DNA of 64,000 nucleotides from an uncultured cyanobacterium (GCA_963803805.1 CAWDOD010000005.1:32001-96000), one strand, 5' to 3'; positions 28,422 through 39,772 are shown, counted from the stretch's first letter. The notes: generated by a model from the sequence alone, not told the origin. Translations and numbers: made by a program.

Positions 28422-29084
28422 TTATTGCCACAGTTTGCCTAGGGGAGATTGATTGAGCCAATTAATGAACTGGGTTTGTTCATTATCTGGCATATCTTCT
28501 AGGATTTCTGCCACTCCTTCAGCAAAATTATCGTTACCGAAATATTCTTTACCTAAACGATGAAGTTCTTGTAAAAGAGTAATTAAGTGATGTTCTTCCC
28601 AAGGAGGTATGGGGAGATTAGTTAAAGGATCAATAGTTAAGAGGTCGTTGACCGCTTTAGGAGAATCAGCTTGGGGAAACTTCCACTGTTGAAACACATT
28701 GGCAAGATCCTGCTGAAACAGTTTCGCTTGTCTTCCTCCCAACAAATCTTCAACATCAATATAAACAGTTTGAAGCAAAAGCAGACAAGCTTGAGTAAAG
28801 GGAATAACCACTTTACCCCCACCGCCAGCATCATCTCCCAACTGCTCTAGGTTAACTTTACCCCAGATGCTATGGCGTTCTGGTTCTTCGAGTAAAACAC
28901 AGAATTTGCCTTGATTATCTGTGAGGTCACGCCAGAAGTTTTTAGCTTCTTCAGCTTGACTAGCAGGGAAAGCTTTAATTAAACGAAATGTTTGTCCCTG
29001 ATAATTGAGAATGGGAATTTGCTGATCTCGCTTTGGGTGCTGAATGCTAGAGATTTCAACATCCTGCCTTTTAAGAATAAACAT
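28422..29084 (-). CDS. Npun_F0813-like conserved cyanobacterial protein
   Basis: MFILKRQDVEI...PILNYQGQTFRLI...FWRDLTDNQGK. Confidence 0.7.
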   Translation of the reverse strand: MFILKRQDVEISSIQHPKRDQQIPILNYQGQTFRLIKAFPASQAEEAKNFWRDLTDNQGKFCVLLEEPERHSIWGKVNLEQLGDDAGGGGKVVIPFTQACLLLLQTVYIDVEDLLGGRQAKLFQQDLANVFQQWKFPQADSPKAVNDLLTIDPLTNLPIPPWEEHHLITLLQELHRLGKEYFGNDNFAEGVAEILEDMPDNEQTQFINWLNQSPLGKLWQ

Positions 29085-29380
29085 GATACTAGCAAATGAC
29101 TCCTGACAGGATCGACAGGGTTAAGGGGATAACCTAGTTTAAGTTAACCAACCTACCCTCTGTTTTTAAATGTCATAGCGTAACTGCCCAGATTGATAAT
29201 CTAACAGTTTCAAGCCCTATGTTATAACCTATACTATTTAAGCAACTGTTATGGTTTGGTTTTTAGTTTAACTTGACATTAGGCAAGCTGAAGCGAATCA
29301 ATTAGAAAACTATAGTAGTAAAAAAATTGCTTTATCCTACTTGACACAGATACAATGCCTGATGAGGATAATTCAAGTTT

Positions 29381-29454
29381 GGGTGCGTAACTCAGGTGGA
29401 TAGAGTAGCGGACTTCTAATCCGTTTGTCGTAGGTTCGAGTCCTACCGCACCCG
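29381..29454 (+). tRNA. tRNA-Arg(TCT)
   Basis: Acceptor stem GGGTGCG/CGCACCC, anticodon arm GCGGA-CTTCTAA-TCCGT, T-loop GTTCGAG. CCA not encoded. TTGACA upstream at 29341. Confidence 0.97.
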
Positions 29455-29700
29455 TTGACCACAAATTTATTATTCTTCTTAGAATCTTTTAATTGAGGGG
29501 CAATTCCTCAACGAATCAGTACATCTAGGCAACTTTTCTGCAATAATCTAATACAGAAGATGTAAACCTTTTTAAAGACAAAGATTGTCATAATCTTGCT
29601 AGATCCTTGCTAGCTGTACATTTGTCATCAAAGGAAAATTAAGAATATTTGAGGATTAACTCAGAATTCTTTACATAAGTATATAGTTTATAGTTTAGTT

Positions 29701-30243
29701 ATGGCTCAACTTTCTGGTTCCTCCGATGTCCCTGGTATGGGACGTAGGCAATTTATGAATCTTCTGACTTTCGGGTCAGCCACTGGCGTAGCTTTGGGTG
29801 CGCTTTACCCTGTAGTTAAATATTTTACTCCTCCTTCTAGCGGCAGTGCTGGAGGGGGTGTTACAGCGAAGGATGCTTTAGGTGATGATGTTTCCGCTAG
29901 TGAATTCGTTGCCACTCATAACCCTGGCGAACGGGAATTAGCCCAAGGATTAAAGGGCGATCCTACCTATATTGTGATTACTGAAGACAACACTATTGCT
30001 AACTATGGTATTAGTGCTGTTTGTACTCACCTGGGTTGTGTTGTGCCTTGGAATGTTAATGAAGGCAAGTTTATTTGTCCTTGTCACGGTTCCCAATATA
30101 ATTCTGAAGGCAAAGTGGTTAGGGGACCTGCCCCCTTGTCCTTAGCTTTAGCCCATGCTGATGTTACTGAAGACGATAAGGTTGTCTTTAGTCCTTGGAA
30201 AGAAGAGGATTTCCGTACAGGTAAAAAACCCTGGTGGTCTTAA
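29701..30243 (+). CDS. petC: Cytochrome b6f Rieske iron-sulfur subunit
   Basis: Tat RRQFM, CTHLGC, CPCHGS. Confidence 0.98.
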   Translation: MAQLSGSSDVPGMGRRQFMNLLTFGSATGVALGALYPVVKYFTPPSSGSAGGGVTAKDALGDDVSASEFVATHNPGERELAQGLKGDPTYIVITEDNTIANYGISAVCTHLGCVVPWNVNEGKFICPCHGSQYNSEGKVVRGPAPLSLALAHADVTEDDKVVFSPWKEEDFRTGKKPWWS

Positions 30244-30341
30244 AGCATCCTCATGAATTGGCGATCGCTAGTCATGGATCGCTGAAATTAATTTTTAAAA
30301 TTGACTAATTTTTCTAACTCTTGATTTTTTTTTGCTTGCAG

Positions 30342-31328
30342 ATGAGAACACCTTCATTATCAGTAATTTGGCGAACTGGTAAGCAGACCATGATCAGAAC
30401 AATCTTAGCTGTTGCAGCTTTTGCTTTGTTGTTCGCTGGTATTTTTGCTTACCCCAACTCGGCAGCAGCCTATCCCTTTTGGGCGCAGCAAACCGCCCCA
30501 GAAAGCCCCCGTGAAGCCACCGGGAGAATTGTTTGTGCCAACTGTCACTTGGCAGAAAAAGAGGCGGAGGTTGAACTTCCTCTTGCTGTAGCCCCAGACA
30601 CTGTATTTGAAGCAGTGGTTAAAATTCCTTATGACCTAAGTTCCCAACAAGTTTTGGGAGATGGGTCTAAAGGTGGTTTGAATGTGGGTGCGGTTTTGAT
30701 GTTACCGGAAGGCTTCAAAATCGCTCCTCCAGAAAGACTATCTGAAGAACTCACTGAAAAAACTAGTGGAGTTTATTATCAAACTTATACCTCAGAACAA
30801 GAAAATGTTGTTCTAGTCGGCCCTTTACCTGGTGAAGAACATCAAGAAGTTGTCTTTCCCATTCTTTCTCCTGATCCTGCCCAGGATAAGAATATTCATT
30901 TTGGTAAATATGCTGTTCATTTAGGAGCAAATCGTGGTAGAGGTCAAATTTACCCCACTGGCGATGCTAGCAATAATAACGTTTATAAATCTTCTAAAGC
31001 CGGTACAATTTCTCAAATTGCTAAAGAAGAAGGAGCCGGTTATCAAGTTAGTATTGAAACCTCTGACGGTGAAACTGTAGTAGAAACCATTCCTGTCGGG
31101 CCAGAATTAATTGTTGCTGAAGGACAGGAAGTAGCAGTAGGAGAAGCCTTAACTACTAATCCTAATGTGGGTGGTTTTGGTCAAGAAGATAGTGAAATCG
31201 TCTTACAAGACCCCACTCGTATTAAGTGGTTGATGGTTTTCTTTGGTGGTATTATGCTGACTCAAATCTTCTTGGTTATTAAGAAGAAACAAATAGAAAG
31301 AGTTCAAGCAGCAGAAATGAATTTCTAG
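30342..31328 (+). CDS. petA: Apocytochrome f
   Basis: YPFWAQQ, CANCH, NPNVGGFGQ, C-terminal TM helix. Confidence 0.98.
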   Translation: MRTPSLSVIWRTGKQTMIRTILAVAAFALLFAGIFAYPNSAAAYPFWAQQTAPESPREATGRIVCANCHLAEKEAEVELPLAVAPDTVFEAVVKIPYDLSSQQVLGDGSKGGLNVGAVLMLPEGFKIAPPERLSEELTEKTSGVYYQTYTSEQENVVLVGPLPGEEHQEVVFPILSPDPAQDKNIHFGKYAVHLGANRGRGQIYPTGDASNNNVYKSSKAGTISQIAKEEGAGYQVSIETSDGETVVETIPVGPELIVAEGQEVAVGEALTTNPNVGGFGQEDSEIVLQDPTRIKWLMVFFGGIMLTQIFLVIKKKQIERVQAAEMNF

Positions 31329-31355
31329 TTAGTTCTTTTTCAGGGAAGTTATGGG

Positions 31356-31383
31356 GGACAGGCTAATTACCTGTCCTTTTTTT
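31356..31383 (+). terminator. Intrinsic terminator of petCA
   Basis: GGACAGG-ctaatta-CCTGTCC followed by T7. Confidence 0.8.
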
Positions 31384-31951
31384 ATCGAAAAACATAAAAC
31401 CTCAAATAGGCGATCGCGGCTAAAATATCTAAGATAATTAGCAGAACTTTAGCAGGTAGAGAATGAAGAATTGTCCAAACCCAAGGAGTAACTAAAAGTA
31501 CCAACGTTAACTCCCCAAAAGCAGCAATATTGCCGTAATGTTGCGGGTCCCAGTAGGAAACAGGACTGATGAAGCGATAATTGCTAAAAGGGAAAAAATG
31601 GCGATGGGCATCGTCGTTGTGCAAAGGGAAATCCGCAAGGCAATGTAACAGGATACTGGCAAAGGCGATGCCGCCAGCTTGCCAGTGACAAGCCAGGCAA
31701 ATTAGCAATCCTATTAAGGCTATAGGGAAAGAGTGAAACAGAGAAATAATATTTTGCCAAAAGGGTTGATAATAAGCTTCTGACCAAATTTCGCTTTCTG
31801 GCAACCCTTGGATGAATTTAGCAACAAAATAGAAAATAAAAATGGGGGCATCGGGGATAATTGCCCCCAAAGTAATAGCAATATTTTCTTGAGGAGAAAT
31901 AGTTTTGCCTAAAAGAGCAAGATTAACTATATAGTGGCTAGGAGTATTCAC
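31382..31951 (-). CDS. Membrane-bound metal-dependent hydrolase-like protein
   Basis: TPSH, GAIIPD, FHS, LHCLADFPLHNDDAHRHF. GTG start inferred. Confidence 0.7.
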   Translation of the reverse strand: MNTPSHYIVNLALLGKTISPQENIAITLGAIIPDAPIFIFYFVAKFIQGLPESEIWSEAYYQPFWQNIISLFHSFPIALIGLLICLACHWQAGGIAFASILLHCLADFPLHNDDAHRHFFPFSNYRFISPVSYWDPQHYGNIAAFGELTLVLLVTPWVWTILHSLPAKVLLIILDILAAIAYLRFYVFR

Positions 31952-32047
31952 TGTTTTTGATAAGCTTCTCAAAATAAATTATTAAGTTAGTCCCGCCAAA
32001 CTTAGAAAAGATGTTATATCATCACAAAAGTAGGGATAGGAGCAATA

Positions 32048-32788
32048 GTGATGAAGCAGCAACCACACAAAGAATCTAGTCACAATTTAATCTCCTTTTT
32101 GGTGAGAAATTCGTTATTAACTTCTATAGGCAGCGTTGTTTTAGTCTTTCTGATATTTTTTATAGTACTTAAACAATTGGGTTCTGGTTTTTGGGGTAAT
32201 ATTGCTGCTTTTTTAAACCTATCTTCGGCTGAACCAGAAGTAGATGTACCAACTTTAGTAGTTAAACAAATTCGTGGTGCTAGTGAGTTGACTACAGCTA
32301 TTTTTACCATGGAAGCTGTAGTTCCTACTCGTCAAGATAGCAAGTTAGGACAGGTAGTTGTGGGTACCACTACTCTACTTTATGTGGCCCATGGTGAAGT
32401 TAGGGCAGGGGTGGATTTAAGCAAAATTGAGACTGAAGATGTCGCCTATAGTGATGAAACCAAAACAGTAACTATTCAACTACCACCCCCAGAGATTTTA
32501 GATAGCAAGATTGATGTAGATCGCTCTAAAGTTTATCATTATGACCGAGGTTTCTTGAATTTAGGCCCCGATGTTGCCCCCCAATTACAAACTTTGGCGC
32601 AGCGAGAAACTCTTCAGAAGATTAGGGAAACCGCCTGTGATAAAGGGCTATTGACGGATGCTAATGAAAGAGCAGAATTGACCATAGAGAAGCTGGTTAA
32701 TACAGCAGGATATCAGCAAGTTGAAGTTGTGGCTGCACCAGTTTCTCTAGAAGCCTGTCAAGCCCAGGTACAAGGAGTAGGGGAGTAG
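32048..32788 (+). CDS. DUF4230 domain protein
   Basis: N-terminal TM helix, ELTTA, GEVRAGVDLS, LPPPEIL. Confidence 0.8.
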   Translation: MMKQQPHKESSHNLISFLVRNSLLTSIGSVVLVFLIFFIVLKQLGSGFWGNIAAFLNLSSAEPEVDVPTLVVKQIRGASELTTAIFTMEAVVPTRQDSKLGQVVVGTTTLLYVAHGEVRAGVDLSKIETEDVAYSDETKTVTIQLPPPEILDSKIDVDRSKVYHYDRGFLNLGPDVAPQLQTLAQRETLQKIRETACDKGLLTDANERAELTIEKLVNTAGYQQVEVVAAPVSLEACQAQVQGVGE

Positions 32789-33152
32789 GACGGGTAAGAA
32801 GATGAGCAACTATCCCAACCAGGGTATCTCCAAGCCAACAAAAGAAAAAGGCTATGAGTTCTCCTTGATTAATTGAGTTAAGGTTTTGAGAAATGTTAAA
32901 ATTCCCTAAGACTTTAAACTTAATTAACATTAAGTAAAATCACGTCAATTAAGCAATCAACTTCGGGATTGACCCTCTTTGGGACTTAAATTCTTTTATT
33001 CAAGGAAATTTCTGCCATATTATTTCACTTGCGCCTTGGAATTGCAAGGGATTTTGGTGTGAATGGCAAAAATCAGCTATCCCAAGGAGGTTTAATTTAT
33101 GAAAACAATATCAATCAGCTCTATAAACTAAGCAAACACAAAAGGAGGAATT

Positions 33153-35682
33153 ATGCGTGCAGTGTTGATGGCTGGTGGGTCTGGCACTAGACTAAGGCCG
33201 CTAACCTGCGATCTACCGAAACCTATGGTTCCGGTTCTTAACCGACCCATTGCAGAACATATCATTAATCTACTCAAAAGACATAACATTACAGAAATAA
33301 TTGCGACTGTTCACTATCTCCCTGATGTTATGCGAGATTACTTCCAAGATGGTAAAGATTTTGGAGTACAAATGACCTATGCAGTGGAAGAAGATCAACC
33401 CCTTGGTACAGCAGGATGCGTCAAAAATATTGCGGAGTGGTTAGATGACACTTTCTTAGTTATTAGCGGCGATGGCATCACCGACTTTGATCTCCAAGAA
33501 GCTATTGAGTTTCATAAGGAGAAAAAATCTAAAGCTACCCTAATTTTAACCCGGGTTCCTAACCCTGTTGAATTCGGTGTAGTTATTACCGATTCTGAAG
33601 GCAGCATTAAACGCTTTTTGGAAAAACCCTCTAGTAGCGAAATCTTTTCCGATACCGTCAATACAGGAACCTATATTCTTGAACCAGAAGTTTTAAACTA
33701 TTTGCCAGAAAACGAAGAATCAGACTTCTCTAAAGACCTATTCCCTCTCTTACTTGATAAAGGGGAACCAATGTACGGTTACGTAGCAGAAGGATATTGG
33801 TGCGATGTTGGTCACTTAGATGCTTGTCGAGAAGCTCAGTATGATGGTTTGCACGGTAAAGTTAAACTAGACCTGGCTTACGAAGAAAAGTCTTCTGGAC
33901 AGTGGATTGGGGAAGATACTTATATAGATCCTTCGGCAAAAATCACCCCTCCAGTCATGATTGGTAGTCATTGCCGCATTGGGCCACGGGTTCGTATTGA
34001 AGCAGGTACAGTGATTGGCGATAATGTCACCATTGGCGCTGATGCTGATCTTAAGCGTCCGATTATTTGGAATGGGGCAATTATCGGTGATGAAGCTCAT
34101 CTAAGTGCTTGCATTATTTCTAGGGGAACTCGTGTAGACCGCCGCGCTCAAGTTATGGAGGGTGCTGTAGTAGGCGCTCTTTCTGCTGTTGGGGAAGAAG
34201 CTCAGATTAGTCCTGGTGTTCGGGTTTGGCCACGTAAGAAGATTGAATCCGGAGCGATTTTGAATATCAACTTGATTTGGGGAAATACCGCCCAGCGCAG
34301 TCTTTTTGGGCAGCAAGGGGTTTCTGGTTTAGCCAATATTGATATTACCCCAGAGTTTGCAGTGAAATTGGGTGCGGCCTACTGGTTCTGTATTAAAACC
34401 AGGCTCTAGTGTGGCTGTATCCAGGGATCAGCGTAGTATTTCCCGTATGGTTAGCCGTTCCTTTATCTCTGGCTTAATGTCAGCAGGCATTTACGTACAA
34501 AACTTGGAATCTACGGCTATTCCTGTGGCTCGAACTATGGTTCCTAATTTGGATGTAGCCGGAGGTATTCATGTCCGCTTACATCCCAACAGACCTGATT
34601 ATATCCTTATTGAATTCTTTGATGATAAGGGTATTAACCTTTCCAAAGCTAAAGAGAAAAAAATTGAAGGAGCCTACTTTAAAGAAGACCTGCGCCGGGT
34701 TCCTATTCAAGAAATTGGTGATGTCTTCTATCCTAGTCAAGTTCTTGATGTTTATAGCAAAAGCTTTGAGGAACACTTAAATGTAGGAGCAGTGCGCAAC
34801 AGCCCTTCTAAGGTTGTCATAGACTACGTTTATGCAGTTTCAGGAGCCATCTTACCTCGCTTGCTAGCTAAATTTGGTTGTGATGCTGTTGTTCTCAATG
34901 CTAGCCTCAGTCAAACAGCCCTTTCTGCTGAAGATCGTGAAGGCTTACTCAATCAACTAGGGCAAGTAGTAGAAGCCCTTAAAGCTAGTTTGGGGGTACA
35001 AGTCTCAGCTAACGGTGAACAGCTTATTTTGGTGGATGAGTCGGGGTTGGCTATACGGGGTGAGATGTTAACAGCCCTGATGGTTAATACCATCCTGACA
35101 GCCCATCCTCGCGGTACTGTGGTTGTGCCTATCCATGCTTCTAGTGCAGTAGAGCAAATTGCCCGTCGTCACGATGGTAAAGTGATTCGGACAAAAGCTA
35201 ATCCTACAGCTTTAATGGAAGCTTCTCAAACTGATCCTAATGTGGTTTTGGGAGGAAGTGGAGATATTGGTTTCATCTTCCCCCAACTTCATCCGGGATT
35301 TGATGCAATGTTCTGCATTGCTAAACTCATTGAAATGCTCACTATCCAAGAGCGTTCCTTAGCTCAAATTCGTACCGAACTACCCCGTGTTACCCACAAA
35401 AGTTACACTATGCGCTGTCCTTGGACAGTTAAAGGTGCATTAATGCGTCATTTGGTTGAAACTCACCCAGCAGAGAAGTTAGAACTCACTGATGGGGTTA
35501 AAATCATTAATCCCCAAAATGATAACTGGGTTTTAGTCTTGCCTGATGCAGGGGAGCCTTTGGTACATATTTATGCAAATGGTGACGACAGAACTGTGGT
35601 AGATAAGGATTTAGCGGATTATCGCAAGCGAGTTCAAGAGTTTATTGATAAAGAAGAAGGTGTAGAGGCAACTACTATGTAA
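33153..35682 (+). CDS. Mannose-1-phosphate guanylyltransferase / phosphomannomutase-like fusion, +1 frameshift near 34383
   Basis: MAGGSGTRLRPLT...KP NTP-transferase, left-handed beta-helix repeats, PGM/PMM domains. The two ORFs join as LGAAY-GSVLKPG after removing one base. Confidence 0.88.
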
Positions 35683-35819
35683 TTAAAATTGCTCAGCATT
35701 TGGGTAAAGGTTAGAGGGTATAAGGGTAAAGGTTATAAAAAATCTCCTTCTCCTTCTCCTTTGCCTCTTACAATAATATTGAATTGATTAATATAATGAT
35801 ATTCATCGAATCTACAATT

Positions 35820-35833
35820 AATACACTTGTACT
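35820..35833. promoter_or_regulatory. Putative cyanobacterial LexA box upstream of ssb
   Basis: AATACACTTGTACT has one mismatch to RGTACNNNDGTWCB and lies about 50 bp before the ssb ATG. Confidence 0.6.
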
Positions 35834-35884
35834 ATGATAAATAAAACCAGTTTGCAGCAATAAAGAAATTGAGGAGAAAATCAC

Positions 35885-36409
35885 ATGAATACTTGCATAT
35901 TAATGGCGAAAATAATCCGTAACCCGGAACTACGCTATACCCCAGATAATCAACTTGCTATTTCCGAGATGTTAGTAGAGTTTCCTGGTCAAAGGGAAGA
36001 AGATCCTCCAGCTACCCTAAAAGTAGTAGGTTGGGGAAATCTTGCTTCAGAAATTCAAGAGAACTATTCTTCAGGCGATCGCGTCTTAATTCAAGGGAAT
36101 TTGAAAATGAACCTGGTTGATATGCCAGAAGGTTATAAAGAAAAGCGGGCTGAACTTAATGCTTCACGTATTCATAAATTAGGTAGCGACGATTTCAGCA
36201 CTATGGCTGCATCTCAACCAGTAACCACAGCTTCTGCTAATTCTGATAACGTAGTACCTTTTGATTCTTTCAAATCGACTTCATCTGGTTACGAAGATCC
36301 AGCCTTGGGGGTTTCTATAAATTCTCCAAAGCCAGAAACACTTTCTGTTCCTGTTTCTACACCTTTAGCTCCAGATCCAGACCAAGATTTAGATGATATT
36401 CCGTTTTAA
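35885..36409 (+). CDS. ssb: Single-stranded DNA-binding protein
   Basis: MN.CIL...PELRYT OB fold; C-terminal DDIPF. Confidence 0.92.
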   Translation: MNTCILMAKIIRNPELRYTPDNQLAISEMLVEFPGQREEDPPATLKVVGWGNLASEIQENYSSGDRVLIQGNLKMNLVDMPEGYKEKRAELNASRIHKLGSDDFSTMAASQPVTTASANSDNVVPFDSFKSTSSGYEDPALGVSINSPKPETLSVPVSTPLAPDPDQDLDDIPF

Positions 36410-36444
36410 ATGGCTAATGGCTAATGGCTAGTTGTTAATTGCTA

Positions 36445-37608
36445 TTATCGGTTCCCACCTTGATAGACATCTAAGCATACTTGAACAATACCGGTTGTGG
36501 CTGCTATGGCGATCACGCCGATGGGTAATAAGTTATAACCGGCAATGGCAACAACCAGCATAGTAGCCATTGCTGCTAACCTATGTTTAGTGCGAGCCTT
36601 ACAGTAGAAGATAACTCCAGTGCGATGGAGAATTGCTAAGGAAAAAAAGCACAATGCTACAGAAGCACACAGTAACCAACGTTCGGGAGTGGGTAGGGGA
36701 AGATTGCTAGGGCTAGATAAGGCGTGTTCTACCCCGACTCCTGTGGCGGCTAAACCAATTACTAAAGGAAGATGGATGTAAAGCCAAACTTGTAAAATAG
36801 CAATGCGTTTGGAGTTTTTGACCGCTTGGAGTGCGCTGCCACCGATATTTTCAAAGTAAATCCACCAAAGACTAAAGGCAATGGTGAAACCGCCCACCGC
36901 AGTAAGGGCGCTGAGTCCCTGCCATTCCATTTCTGCTACCCCATTAACTACCGCAATAATTGCTTCTCCTAGAACAATGATGGTAAACAGTCCAAATCTT
37001 TCTGGTAAATGTTCTGTGTGGGGCAGAAGTTGAACTTGAAATTTACCGGCACTTAAGGGTGTCGCAAAATCAATGATTAATCCTAAAACCCAAAATAGGA
37101 ACCGCCAGGGAAGAGGAATGAAAACGGAAATTAGCCAGAGGCAAGCGGCGATCGCAAAACCTTTAGCATAGTAAATTGCCAAACCTCGTGCCTGGGGAAT
37201 GTGCCACCCAGCCCAAAGATATTCAAGTACTAAAACTAATCTAGCGACGGCATAGGCTAAAGCAAAGCCTCCAGAACTAGAACCCAAACCATCATGGACG
37301 TTAACCGCTAAAGCTGCCATAGCTAACATCTGTATGCCAATTAGTAGGCGACGGATGATGTTATCACTATCAAAACGATTAGCATAAAAAGTAGTACCAA
37401 TCCAAGCCCACCATACGGGAATGAAAAGTAAGACAAACTCGAAAAAGCCTTGAGGAGAAATATGTTTGCTGAGGTGATGGGCAAGTTGAGATATAGCAAC
37501 AACAAAGACTAAATCATAAAATAACTCTAGCCATGTTGCATGACGAGGTTCATTTTCTTGCTCTTCGCTGATACGCAGGCGAGGGGGTGGTAGCCAACTT
37601 TTCATCAC
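36445..37608 (-). CDS. Low temperature requirement protein A family
   Basis: WLELFYDLVFV, HLPERFGLFTIIVLGE. Confidence 0.9.
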   Translation of the reverse strand: MMKSWLPPPRLRISEEQENEPRHATWLELFYDLVFVVAISQLAHHLSKHISPQGFFEFVLLFIPVWWAWIGTTFYANRFDSDNIIRRLLIGIQMLAMAALAVNVHDGLGSSSGGFALAYAVARLVLVLEYLWAGWHIPQARGLAIYYAKGFAIAACLWLISVFIPLPWRFLFWVLGLIIDFATPLSAGKFQVQLLPHTEHLPERFGLFTIIVLGEAIIAVVNGVAEMEWQGLSALTAVGGFTIAFSLWWIYFENIGGSALQAVKNSKRIAILQVWLYIHLPLVIGLAATGVGVEHALSSPSNLPLPTPERWLLCASVALCFFSLAILHRTGVIFYCKARTKHRLAAMATMLVVAIAGYNLLPIGVIAIAATTGIVQVCLDVYQGGNR

Positions 37609-37686
37609 AAAATATAATTATTATATGCTGCTAATACTAGGGAATAGGGAACAGGAAGATTTTTAATGAGGTACAGTTGATTGCTT

Positions 37687-38577
37687 TTACTTGACACGGT
37701 TTCCTGTTTCTTGCTTGCTTTCGAGGTTAGTAACTAATTTGACAAACTCTTTAATCTTCTCTTGATATTGTAGACCTGCTACCGTGGCGAGGTCATTATG
37801 GCCGGCGTTAGGAACTAGGTAAAGTTGTTTGGGAACTGAGAGGGCTTCATACAACTCCTCACTCATGGTAGAGGGAATGGTTTGATCACTCGTGCCATGA
37901 ATTACTAGTACAGGCATTTTTAAGTTCTTAACTTTGTCTATAGAGTCGAACTCTTGATGTATTAATACATTGGGAAAGAGGCGGTATTCTTTTCTAACCC
38001 TTGCCATGTCTTTCATAGAGGTGAAAGTACCTTGAACTATTAAACCGGCTATTTCTGGCTGTTTAACCCCTAAATCAATGGCAACTCCACCCCCTAAAGA
38101 ATGACCATAGAGAAAGATATTTTGAGGTTTAATTTGCCTTGTTCCTACTAAATAATCCCAGGCGATTCCTGCATCTTCATAAACCTGGGCTTCTGTGGGG
38201 AAACCCCCTTCACTACGTCCATAACCGCGATAATCAATTAGCAATACAGAAAAACCCATTCGTTGAAAACGCTTAGCGTGTTCTAGATTATCGCTAACGT
38301 TACCACCGTTGCCGTGGAGATAAAGCAAAACTCCTTTAGTTTCAACGTTAGCCGGAAGCCACCAGCCATGAAGACTTTCTCCCTCACCAACTTCTAACCA
38401 AATATCCTCATAAACCAGCCCCAAACTTTTAGGAGTGAAAGAAATGCTTTGGGCAGGAAAAAAAATGAGACGATTCTGCCAAAACAGCAAACCAACACAA
38501 ATTCCTACATAAGCGATCGCTAAAAAAGTACTAATACTGAGTAATAACTTATTCAAAGCAAGTCTCCTCTTGACCAT
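37687..38577 (-). CDS. Alpha/beta hydrolase
   Basis: HGNGG, DYRGYG, GHSLGG, HGTSD, GHND. Confidence 0.9.
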   Translation of the reverse strand: MVKRRLALNKLLLSISTFLAIAYVGICVGLLFWQNRLIFFPAQSISFTPKSLGLVYEDIWLEVGEGESLHGWWLPANVETKGVLLYLHGNGGNVSDNLEHAKRFQRMGFSVLLIDYRGYGRSEGGFPTEAQVYEDAGIAWDYLVGTRQIKPQNIFLYGHSLGGGVAIDLGVKQPEIAGLIVQGTFTSMKDMARVRKEYRLFPNVLIHQEFDSIDKVKNLKMPVLVIHGTSDQTIPSTMSEELYEALSVPKQLYLVPNAGHNDLATVAGLQYQEKIKEFVKLVTNLESKQETGNRVK

Positions 38578-39154
38578 GCAAAGGAGACAATCCCTCCCAT
38601 AACAAAGAGATTGTCTCCTTTACATAGCTGTCAACTTTGGTTTTCGGCGTTCCAATCGTCTCATACAAGGCAATATTATGTAAGTTAGCCAGCAAGACAT
38701 CACCAGCAACAACAACTTTATTCTGCCCAACTCGCCCTAATTTTGATTCCTCAAGGAGATAATCTAATAGTCTCTCTTTAAGTTCCATAGCTGGTACACT
38801 ATGTTTTTCTGAGAAAGTTTCCATATTGAATGATGGATGGCTGATAAGTGTTAAAAAAACTGGCATTACCTCACGGAAGTAATCAATAATCCTCAAACTC
38901 ATATACTCAAGGTTTTCAATTACTGTTGCTTCTCCGACTTTAATAGAGAATATCGCATCAAGTTCCGCCTTGGGTAATTTCATAGCTGCGAAAAAAAAAT
39001 CTTCCTTTGTACCAAAACGTTGATAAATAACAGCTTCAGAAATACCAGCCCCTTTCGCAATATCTCGTGTTGAGGTGTTGATACCCTTGTCCAGAAAGAG
39101 TTTACGGGCTACAGCTAGAATTTCCTCATCAGTTATGGTTTTGTTACGGGGCAT
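38549..39154 (-). CDS. TetR/AcrR family regulator
   Basis: N-terminal HTH STRDIAKGAGISEAVIYQRFGTKE. Confidence 0.92.
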   Translation of the reverse strand: MPRNKTITDEEILAVARKLFLDKGINTSTRDIAKGAGISEAVIYQRFGTKEDFFFAAMKLPKAELDAIFSIKVGEATVIENLEYMSLRIIDYFREVMPVFLTLISHPSFNMETFSEKHSVPAMELKERLLDYLLEESKLGRVGQNKVVVAGDVLLANLHNIALYETIGTPKTKVDSYVKETISLLWEGLSPLHGQEETCFE

Positions 39155-39267
39155 CGGAATTATAGTTAAGAAAGCTCTAATTGCTAGTTGCTAACTCAAT
39201 TGTTTCATACATATAAGCTTTGATGGACTTTTGCTATGCTTATGACCGATAAACTATTGCTTAATAA

Positions 39268-39602
39268 TTAAATGACAATGCCATGTTGATGACGAATTTC
39301 CTTAATTGGTTGCTTTTTAAGTTTTTCAATCTCTTCTAAGGCTAACCTTTTTTTCATCTGTGAACATTTGAGCAAAATGCTGAGAATACGCGGAAAACAG
39401 CTTAACCAAATATTCAGTAATTTTAAGTGGCCGATTCCTGAAAGAACATTACCATGTTCTTGGTTGGCAACAACTTGTTGCATTTCACTCAGCTTTGCAG
39501 TTGTACCAAAAAGCGTCCATATATGCGCTGCAATTTCATCTTCTATTGTGGTGGTACTGCAAGCAAATAACAGATGTACGGCATCGTGTTGTTCAAAACT
39601 GC
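39268..39602 (-). pseudogene. 5'-truncated HDxxH-motif (Coq4-like) protein
   Basis: FEQHDAVHLLF...EDE...EIRHQHGI. No proper start; it abuts the IS630 remnant. Confidence 0.5.
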
Positions 39603-39731
39603 TCAAGCACGAAGCTATCGGGAGCTTTTAGAAGCTATAGAACGAGGTTTGCAATCCATTTCTTCTACTGATATTCTCCACTGGTTTACACACTGTTGCT
39701 ATTGTCCTTTATGACAACGGAAACTGCTATA
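39603..39731 (+). mobile_element. IS630-family 3' remnant
   Basis: The plus frame reads ARSYRELLEAIERGLQSISSTDILHWFTHCCYCPL*, followed by terminal ...GGAAACTGCTATA ending in TA. Confidence 0.75.
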
Positions 39732-39772
39732 TACAGTTTAAATGCACATCAGCTTAGGACAAAAACTATTAA

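Noticed and set aside
29279-29464. 61-aa minus-strand ORF
   Set aside because: It is antisense to tRNA-Arg.
29381-29700. tRNA-anchored integrative element
   Set aside because: No integrase or duplicated tRNA 3' end was seen, and petC follows directly.
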